DNA from: Phaeosaccion multiseriatum
Lineage: Eukaryota; Protista; Ochrophyta, other classes
Direction: 5' to 3'
NCBI GenBank assembly: GCA_965112735.1
Contig: OZ218965.1
Coordinates: 744,001 to 808,000, forward strand
Length of the DNA stretch: 64,000 nucleotides
Made by a program: the position numbers and the translations under genes. Each line of letters starts with the position of its first letter. Position 1 is the stretch's first letter. Of the stretch, positions 25,196 to 34,300 are shown one piece after another. Under the pieces are notes generated by a model, which made no database searches, was not told where the DNA came from, and saw nothing but the letters and a program-made list of their open reading frames with translations.

Positions 25196-25648
25196 CTGTA
25201 CCCGCCAATTGGCTGCATTTGTTGCGATGGTTGCGGCCGCCGCTGCCGCTGCGAAGGCTGCGTGGGCTGTGTAGTGGGCCGCCTCCGCCGCGTTGGTGGC
25301 GTTGGCGATGCCCTCCTTGCTCAAGATGTCCTGCACAGAGGCGCTGAGGTTGGAGTACACTTGATATACCAACTGGACACGCACAAGGGGGGAGAAGGGG
25401 GACGAAAGGGGGTAGTTGAGGAGAGCGGACGGGCTGCAGGCGGCAAATACGAGACAAGGCAAGATGACAAGACAACAAGACAAAGGATTGTCAAGCTTTG
25501 AGACAGCACCCCCAGAGAGGCTCCGTGTGCTTACTTACGTCCAGAAGAGACTGCACCTCCCCCTCCAGCGAGGGCCTCAAGTTCTTGTGCAGGTCGAAGA
25601 CGGTGCGCAGGCAGGTCAGGGCGTTGTCGTCGTCGTTGCCGTTCGTTG
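25196..25648 (-). pseudogene. Two-exon fragment of a TRRAP/Tra1-like gene (N-terminal HEAT region)
   Basis: Exons 25648-25539 and 25372-25196 splice to NDDDNALTCLRTVFDLHKNLRPSLEGEVQSLLD|LVYQVYSNLSASVQDIL. This resembles the TRRAP motif (N)EEN-LICLRII-(D/E)LHK-FRP-LE-EVQ-FLDFV-IY. The rest of this very large gene is absent. Confidence 0.7.
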
Positions 25649-25834
25649 CTGCCCACGGGGGAGGGGCAGGGCGGGAGGGGAACGGAATTACCATTCAGTG
25701 GACATTGCATTGCATATGCATGTATGAAATAACATAATTTGGCGCGCTCTCGCTTCGAGCAAAGGAAGGAGGCGTTGGTTGTTCGTAGAGATCACAGATA
25801 TTTTTTTCTTTTCTTTTTTCCTTCTTTCTATTTC

Positions 25835-25893
25835 TTAGGGTTAGGGTTAGGGTTAGGGTTAGGGTTAGGGTTAGGGTTAGGGTTAGGGTTAGG
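25835..25893 (+). repeat. Interstitial telomeric repeat (TTAGGG)9 + TTAGG
   Basis: Nine perfect TTAGGG units preceded by a T-rich tract (25800-25834). Confidence 0.97.
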
Positions 25894-26278
25894 TTTTGCT
25901 TTCTTTCCTTCTTAATCCATTTCCTTCTTGAGTGTGCTCATCAGTGTACGAGTCGTAATGATCAGGGCCCAGTCGGCAGGGATCGACCTCACAGGAAAAT
26001 AGGCAGGGAGGGGAAAGGAAGGAAGGAAGGAAGCACAGCAGATCGACAGTGGCAACTTCGGCCATGTGAGTATTTGTGCCGCGCTGCTCTGCCTCGCTGT
26101 TGTGCCTAGCTGCTGTGCTTCTACCCGTTCTCTGCCTGGTAGGGACCATAGCCTATCGTCCCCGCTCTCCCCTCTGATATCCTTCTTCCCCTTTTCTCTC
26201 CTTTCCCACACATTTTCCTTCCATCTGACGCGCGAGGATCAAGAAGTAAAAAATAGAGAAGAGGAGTGCGAGGACTTC

Positions 26279-27025
26279 ATGTCTACTGCCCAGGTGGTGC
26301 TTGGCGTGGTGGCTATCGTACTGGGCGTATGTTCCTTCGCATACACATTTCACAAGGATGACACTGCTACGCGGCGCGACAAGATGACGGCGTTCAAGGA
26401 GCTGACGAAAGATTATCAGGACGTTCAGACGATGATTACTAAGTTGCATTCGATCAAGGCATCTTTGGAACTTCAATTTACAGGCACCCCGTGGTATATC
26501 CAGGTCTACAGGCTTCAAGAATCAGACGAGGATCGGAAATTCGTCGAGGAGGCACGCCAGAAAATGGCCGCGTTTTGGGACGTGGTATCGACGTTCAGCA
26601 AGCACCAGCTTTACCCTCATGGGCTTGTGTTCCCGCCTTTAGAAGACGAGAGAGGGTGGTTTGCTCGCCAATGCAAAAAGATACGGCAGTTTACATGCCA
26701 ATGGAGGGAGGGGGAGGGAGAGGGGGAAGAAGGGGAAGAACGAGAGGCAACAACTTGGTTGACTAGAGCCAACAGCTACCGCGCACTTGTTGAGCCCTTG
26801 GATTGCGCCAACTATCATAGACTTAATTTCAACAAGGAAGGGGATGAGAAACCACGCCATAAACGCTACGACTACCAGAGTGGAAATGAGTCCCTAGATA
26901 ACCGGCCGTTGCGGTATGCCGACTTTGAACGAAGATGGGTGCTGTGCAAACCAGCGGATGAGGAGAGGGTGGCCAAACAACTCAGCGATGTTGTAGCGGA
27001 GTGCTTGGACGCTCAGGACGGATGA
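26279..27025 (+). CDS. Intronless orphan protein with N-terminal membrane anchor (possibly DUF4760-like)
   Basis: 248-aa high-complexity ORF: MSTAQVVLGVVAIVLGVCSFAYTF (TM helix), then a helical domain ARQKMAAFWDVVSTF...LVEPLDCANY...RYADFERRW. The family call is tentative. Confidence 0.7.
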   Translation: MSTAQVVLGVVAIVLGVCSFAYTFHKDDTATRRDKMTAFKELTKDYQDVQTMITKLHSIKASLELQFTGTPWYIQVYRLQESDEDRKFVEEARQKMAAFWDVVSTFSKHQLYPHGLVFPPLEDERGWFARQCKKIRQFTCQWREGEGEGEEGEEREATTWLTRANSYRALVEPLDCANYHRLNFNKEGDEKPRHKRYDYQSGNESLDNRPLRYADFERRWVLCKPADEERVAKQLSDVVAECLDAQDG

Positions 27026-30000
27026 GATGATTGAAAGGTGCTGATCTTGTTGGTGCTGCTCACCACGATGAGCTCGGAGCTCGGAGATGACGATGGAGCT
27101 CAAAGAGAGGGGGAGAGCGGCAAAGGCCGGCACAGGGGGAGAATGGTTAGGAGCGAAAGGGAGAGGAAGAGAGAGAGAGACTGATGGAGAGAGGCGAGAC
27201 CCGTCTACAGACTGGTGGAGAGAGGCGAGACGGCGCCGGTCTAGAGAGGCCCTGGGGGCTTGAGGACCGGCGTTGGCGTTAGCGTTAGCGTCAGCGCGTA
27301 CCTGGGGCTGAGAGAGTTGGAGTGCGTCGGGCTGGGGGGATCTATGGATATTGAGGGCGAGGCTGGGGCGGAGGAGAGACTGGCATATACATACATATCT
27401 ATATATATATATATATGAGCAGCTGGAGGCATATGGTGGTTGTGCTCATATGGTACTGCGGCGATACCCCTGATCTGCTGAGGGACTTTAGCAACGAGAT
27501 TGGCGTCTGCTGGCTGGGTATGTGGGGACGCTTGGCACGGTTGCACCTATCAGCGAGAGGCCGGCAGATGGCGACTGGGATGGAAGCGCTCCGGTGGTCC
27601 AAGGACGGAGCTGGAGCTGGGCCCGCGTGCGACAGCTGGTGCTACGCGAAGGTTGGTATGGCGACGCGTATCTGATGGGGTGGGTGTTGGTGATTAGTAG
27701 AGGCGTTCTGTTGGGTTGGTCTCTGTGCTACGTAGCTACCAGCGCCATGCTTATGGGGTAGTAGTTAGCGATGGGTGAGGCTGAGTGGTAGCTAAGGGGG
27801 CCTGTGGATGGGTGTAGCTCCCGTGACTAGGGTGACCTCACCTTGGGGGAAGGGCTGTGTATTTTCCTTTGTTGTGTTGTTTGTTCGGGTTGGATGCGTT
27901 TTTTTTTCGTGTCCAAGGCAGAGAGAGGCAGGTCTACCACAGTGGTGTTTGTCAGTGTGTGCTTCTGCAAGCTGCTGTGCGTCACCGCCCCCCTTTGGTG
28001 CGTTATCACACAGACGTCCTTACGCTTACGCTGCGTTGAAAGGAAAGATAGACTTGCCTTTGTCTGCGTCTCCGCTCCTCTCCTCTGTCCTAGCTGCTCC
28101 ATTTCCCCTACCTATCCTCCACCAACTTCTGTGAACGAATCAGCGACTCTGTGACACTCCTCCGTAAAGCTGCCTGTTTTTCTGATGCCCTCCCTCCCTC
28201 CCTCCCCTTCCCCCCCATTCTAGAGAAACACACGCTCTCTGGTACGAAGCTTATCAACACGGCCGTGAGCAGCCTTCATGGCAGTCATCTTCGGAGTCAA
28301 GCTCGCCTACGATGGCGTGGTGAGTGGGGGAGGGAACGATGGAGGGCGGGCGGGCGGGAGGGAGGGGAGGGAGGGAGGGAGGGAGGGAGGGAGGGAGAAA
28401 GAGAGCGCGTCCGTGAGTGAGTGAGTAAGCCAAACTGTACTGTAGGCCGAACTGTCATACAACACCGAAGGGGCATCAACAGAGGCCAAAACCCTTCCGT
28501 CTTGTCCGTGCCATTCAGTCCGGTCGTCCGAGCGCTCTCTCTAGACTGTCGCACACCCGATGTCATGTTTTGACTCCCATCCTCCCTCCCCTTGCGCCTC
28601 CAACTTGCTCCACTTCGAATCCGCTCAGCGTAAAGCGGTACCGCGACTCGGGGGCGGCTCTCATGCTGACTATGGCAATGAACGCCTTTATCCCTCACGC
28701 TGCCGTCAGCTTTAAGGCTACTCAGACTTAGAGGGTGAGTCGAGGAGGGAGGGGGGGAGGGAGGGTGTGGGCGGGTGCGTGGGTGCGTGCGTGCGTGCGT
28801 GCGTGAGTGCCCCGCTCCACGCAGACCTGAGTGCAGAGGGAAAAGAACACGCCGGTTTCACTAAGAAGCAGCGGCAGTAGGGCGGAGGGGGAGGGGGGGG
28901 CTTTCGTCGGCAAACCGAAGGGTGCAGAGAAGAGACCTTCCGCCCTGCTGCCTCCCGTCCCACCGAGAGGCTGTGACGATCTCCCTCTGCACCTGCCCGG
29001 CTCCCCCCTCGTCGGGCCCTGAGTTGTGTCCCCCGTCGGCAGCGGTCAGAAGGATGAGAGGTCGGGCCCGAATCATATCATGGATGACGACGACGTAGCA
29101 TGATTTCCGACGTGAAACCTAGACACTGACGGGCCTCTCTCTGCCCTCCTTTGTTTGGAGGTGCACTGCGTACTTTGTCGATTGTCTCGCAGAGAATGGT
29201 TCGTTCTACGTAACGGCATGTCGACCCACCTCTTCCCCCACCCCCACCCCTCTCCACCCTCCACCTCCCCCGCCCCCCACATACCCTTTTCTACTGACCT
29301 GACCCAATCCTGACCTGGCCTGCACTGGACTGGCCCGTCCCTCCCCTCGCCTCCGCATCTCACCCCTCTTGTCGCTCACTGCCACCGCCACTGCCACCGC
29401 CACTGCCACCTCCCCCGACACCACACTGGCAGGCTTGGCACGGTGTTCACTGTGTGCCTCATGGACAGCCCGGGCGGGCATGGCCATGTTGGTGCTGTCG
29501 TTTGCTGCCATCGCCTTGTTGGATGGAGAGAAGTTCATGTGCTTTCACATGTACCGCATCCTGCCGCAGTGCCCGAGTGATGTGATCCTGGGCCTGCTCA
29601 ACAGCACGCCCTTGTGCACATTTTTGAAGCTTCTGAAGAGGAGCACCCAGGTCAGTCTGAAACACGAACGTCACGTGACGCATACACACACCTTCCTGGT
29701 GCTGACCGGTGGGCTACATGCTCTACCCGTGTTGTGGACACCCGTCACCGCGGTGCATGATGGCTGCTCTTTTGCTTCTTCATCTCTTCATCTCTGTGTT
29801 TCCTGCATCCCTCTATCAATAGTTCTCTTTTCTCTCTCTCTCTCTTCGTGGCTGTGTTCGTGTATCTCCATCTGTTCCCCTCTCTCTGTCCCCCGCCCTT
29901 CCCGTCTCCTCTCACTTACCCCCTCTCTTCCCCCTCCTCCCTCCTCCTCCCTCCTCCTCCTCCTGCTGCTGCTGATGTTGCGTTCCCTTGGCGGGCACTT

Positions 30001-30725
30001 CTCTCTGGCCTCTTCCCCCCTCCCCCTCTGCTCGCTGCCCTCTCCTCCCTCTCTCTCTTTGACTCTGTGCTCGTGCGCTCTCTCTCTCTCCCTCTCTGTC
30101 CCGCTTCTTGCAGGAGGCCGCAAGCCTTCGAGGCGGCGCTCTTCACTGGGCCGCGGACAGCCACGCCACAATGTCAGCTCACAAGTACTGCCAAGTAAGT
30201 CAGAGAAGGAAGAGGAAACAGACCTCCTTCCTGTTTTGCTTTCGCTGCAGGAGGGACTCACTCACTCACTGGCTGTGGGGCGGAGAGGGTCACACACCTC
30301 CTGTCCGTGCGCTCTTGCCTTACCCTGTGCCCGCTAGTCGCGAATCAATGTGTGACGTTCTTTGTGGATCGATGACCTCACCTCCCCGCTGTGCCTACCC
30401 GACACCAGGCAAGCCCCCCAGCAGCACCGAGGGGGAAGGTGGTACGTGCACGAGCGAGATCATCCCGAGCTTGGCCGGCAGTGCAGATGCCCATACACTT
30501 CTCCCCAAAGAGAGCGCTGGGCTGGCTGGGCGGAGTGAGGGTGAGTCAGGGTGGTACTGCGAGGATGCGGCGCTTTACTCCTTTTGAAAGAGGGCTATAA
30601 TACTCTCTCCTCGTCCTGGTGCTGCTCGTGTCCTTGTGGACCATGTATGCTCCGTTGTTCGAAGCCCCCGCCCATGAGCACAGAATCAGGCTGTAAGTAG
30701 AAAGCAGAGGATGATGAGGCGAAGC

Positions 30726-30830
30726 ATGGCTGCTGTAGAGTTGGCGTTGGGCGTGGCGGGGGCCGTGTTGGGCGGATCTTCTCTCGTGCGCACTATCGTC
30801 AAGGAAAGATCAAAGACAAGATGGGTGGAG
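30726..30830 (+). pseudogene. N-terminal remnant of a paralog of the 26279 membrane-anchored ORF (second remnant at ~42108-42200)
   Basis: MAAVELALGVAGAVLGGSSLVRTIVKE aligns ungapped with MSTAQVVLGVVAIVLGVCSFAYTFHKD; similarity is lost afterwards. Confidence 0.55.
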
Positions 30831-31067
30831 CTCGAGGAGAACACTTTGAATTTGATTTATTTTTATTTGCCCGACCTATGTAACAAAACAATTGTTTGAG
30901 TTGCTTTTTTTGCTCCCCAAAGGGGCAAAATCCTGCTCGCTCAGCGCTCTAATCATATGCTTCGATGTACACGGCTACAGACCGATTTTTCCTCGGACCA
31001 ACTGCACCTCTACTGCCCACATGACCACAAGTCAGTCTCAAGGTACAACTGAAGCAGAGCAGCAGCA

Positions 31068-31290
31068 GCCCTCACCACTAGAGTAGGGCCCAAGGACAGA
31101 CGTCTCCCGCATTGGTATTGACCTACGAGGCGATGTCTTCTCCCACGGACAGCTCTACGTCGCCCTCTCCCGAGCCAAAGGCCACGACCGCTTCGTCGTC
31201 CATGTCCAGCTCTCGCGACTCTTGGACGGCGTCGCCCACACTGCCAATATTACATACCCTGCCTTTATTAACGCTGCTTTATCCCTATAG
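31068..31290 (+). mobile_element. Helitron RepHel (Pif1-type helicase) C-terminal remnant, copy 1
   Basis: With small frameshifts it reads ALTT..[29 protein letters not shown]...HTANITYPAFI*. This matches the Helitron helicase end [35 protein letters not shown]...TxNIVY. Confidence 0.85.
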
Positions 31291-31371
31291 AACTCTCCCT
31301 GTCTCGTCTGCCCCTCCTCCTTCATCCCCTCCACATCCTGCACTCGCCATTTGTGACTCCCTCCTAATTTG

Positions 31372-34300
31372 CTAATTTGCTTCTCCTTCCTCGCCTGCCC
31401 CGTTCACCTTTTTCTCCTCCACTCCATCTTCTTCTGCCAGTTCTTGCGAAGCCAACCCCTCTTCCCTCCTCCTCTTCCTTCCCCCTGCCGAGGGCGCAGC
31501 CCGAAGACCCGTCTTGTTCATCCTAATGATACCGTCAATGCGCTCCCTTACCTTCTCAACGTAATCAGCCTCATACTGCTGTTCCTCATACTCTTGGCCG
31601 GTTACGCTCGAAAGCTCACGCAGAAGCTCCTCCCAGGTCTTCGGCCAGTCTTTCTCCGGTTCATCTTCCTTTCTCCACGCGTCCCACTGCTCGCCGATCT
31701 CGGGATGAGCCTCGAGCAGCCGCTCCGTTCCGTTGTAGCAGTCCCCCGGGGTGAGTTTGTAGAAGAGGGGCACCACCAGGAAGTCCTCTTCATTCTTGAG
31801 CCTCTCCATGAAAATCTCTGTCTCCTTGAGGCACCACTCGCGGCAGAGGAACTGTGGGCTCAGCACCACCAATCCGATCTTGGCCTTCTTCGCCGCATTG
31901 ACCATGTAGTTGGGAGCTTGACCACCCAGTTGAAGATCCTCCCTATCCAGAAAGGCCGTTACACCGCTGTCCCACAGCGCCGCCCACAGGTTGTAGACAA
32001 GCCCCCACTTGTCCGGCCCGGCGTGGCTCAAAAAGACATCGAACTGCGCCGCGTCGTGCTGGGCATACTCGTTGCCGAGCAGCCCCAGCTCGGCCGCCAG
32101 GGGGTGCCGTCTACTTGCAATCGACTCCATGGATTCTTCAGGGGAAATGAAGGCTAAGCCCTTGAATCTCTCGTCCAGCATAGCTCCGATCCAATTGTGA
32201 ACCATCCCCCCAACCTCCCAACAGTTACTCTGGACGTCGCTCTTCACGAACAGCAGAAGATCTGCCCCTTCTACCATGACGAGAACGTCCACTTGGTTCA
32301 CCCGAAGCGCAGCGGCGTACTTGGCGCACCCGCGGATCTGGACGACCTTCTTGTGTGGCTCTTCGCTTCGCTTTCCCAGAAACCAGGCAAGCAAAAAGGG
32401 TAGCGTCCCAGACGGGAAATGAGCATTGCGCGCCTCGAAATGGCCTCGAGTACACTCCTCCGATTTCGCCTTGAGGAAAGTCATTAAGACCTCCCGCACC
32501 TCAGCATTGCCATCCCCCCCCAATCGGAGCCTCGTTGGGGCCACGTACACGTCCTTACGGCCCTCCTCGTCTTTGAGTCCGGTCACGGGCAGGATCACAC
32601 CGTGCTGAGCCAGTGTCTCCAGCATACCTTTGAAGAACCCCTTTTCCTCTTGGAGCCGCTGAAACGCCTTCTTCACTGGCTCACCTTCTTCGCAGGACGC
32701 AGCACCGACTTCGTGTCCCACGGACACCCAGAGCTGCCACAGGCAATATATGTACTCGGAAGAAGTCGTTGCTTTGGTCAGGAAGTTGCTCTCCTGCACG
32801 TGAAGAGCACGGAACGATGGAAGCTGTTCGTTGGTCCCAGTGTTGCTATACGCCATATCCTCAAGCATGTCGGCCCACAGTGTGTGTTTCACCGTGGCTT
32901 CCGTGAGTTTGTGGGAAGCAAGTGGCTTGACCAATGCCATCAGCCAAAGTGGGTTGACGTGCACATACCCCTCCAGCCACAGCACCGCTCCCACCGCCTC
33001 TTGCAATTTCAAGGCCAAGTCAAAAGTCTTCTTGGGGTCCTCTATGTCGAGTTCCTGAGCTCCCTCGGACTCCCTCCACTTGGCCTGCAGCTGCTTATCA
33101 CCAATGCACAGCTCGTCTTTGCACGCTTCTAGCGTGAGGCGTACAGTCACCCACGGAAGGGGTACCACCTTTCCCACATCCGGGAACAGCGTGCTGGGTG
33201 TGTCCTCTGTGCAGCCCTCCAACGCGAGCCTCTCAATGTACTCGCGAACATCCTGCACATCTTTGTCGGCTGTGAGATCCACAGCCAAGTAGTCCCCTTG
33301 CACCTTTAAAGGCTCTATGGTTCCAGCGCGTTTCTTGTGTGTCTTCAGAACTCTGTCCACTAGTTTCTGGACGTCACCCACTACTTTGTCAACGTCGCCC
33401 CCCTCCTGCTCCACGATATCAGCGTGAGATCCCAAAACAACCACAACACTGCCAGGCGCGTATACTTGCAGAGCATCGAGCCACTCAACGACCAAATCGC
33501 GTTCCGCTGTCTGCGATCCCCCGCTGAAGGCCTCGAGGTTAATGGTGAGTACGTACAAAGCCCCCTCAGTCAGACAGAGCTGGTGGTAGGCGTAGTAGTC
33601 TCGCTGACCCGCAAAGTCCCAAATCACCAATTTTAAAGGCCTACTCTCGTCCTTGCCCAGCGTTACTGCGTGCGTCTCGACGCCAATCGTCGACTCATCC
33701 TGTCCATCACGAAGATCCCTCTGTCCCCCCGTTAGCGATAGCGCCAAGGTCGTCTTCCCTGCCTTGTGCCGCCCCACCAGCACGACCTTCAGTTTCCACG
33801 ACCGCTCCTTGCCTTGACTCAGGTCGATCCAATACCGCTTCACTGCCTCAAGGCCGCGAGCCACCACATCGGTGCTGGGCGCTGTCCATGGATTGCCATG
33901 GAGGTATAGTGATTTTGAGAGCTTCTCCAGGCCTCTTGCTGCGTCAAGCGATATCTCTGAAAACGGGCAAGCAAGAAGGGAGACGATTTTCACTCTTGTC
34001 AGTATTTCAAGTCAAAGGGGCGAGGAAATTTCTTTAGTCACGCTGAGCTCCAGGCCAAAGGATGTGAACGGGGCTCGAGTACCACTCACCAGTGAGTTTA
34101 TTGTTGTTGAGGTCCAGTTCCTCAAGGTTCTGAAGACCTCCAAGCTCGGGTGGAATGCCCCCTGCGGATGGGAGGAGAGTTCTGTTGGTCACACTCATAT
34201 CAAGTGAAAGGGACGCGAACGGGTACGCGTACCACTTACCAGTGAGCTCGTTGCTTTGGAGGCGCAGATAAGTGAGCAGACCGAGACGTCCAAGCTCGGG

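Noticed and set aside
27270-27300. TTGGCG/TTAGCG repeats as a second telomere tract
   Set aside because: Only about 4 degenerate units; not distinguishable from a chance microsatellite.
31369-33132. Plus-strand ORFs overlapping the ROCO terminal exons (also 42941-44969)
   Set aside because: Antisense shadows of a GC-rich coding strand, with no independent motifs.
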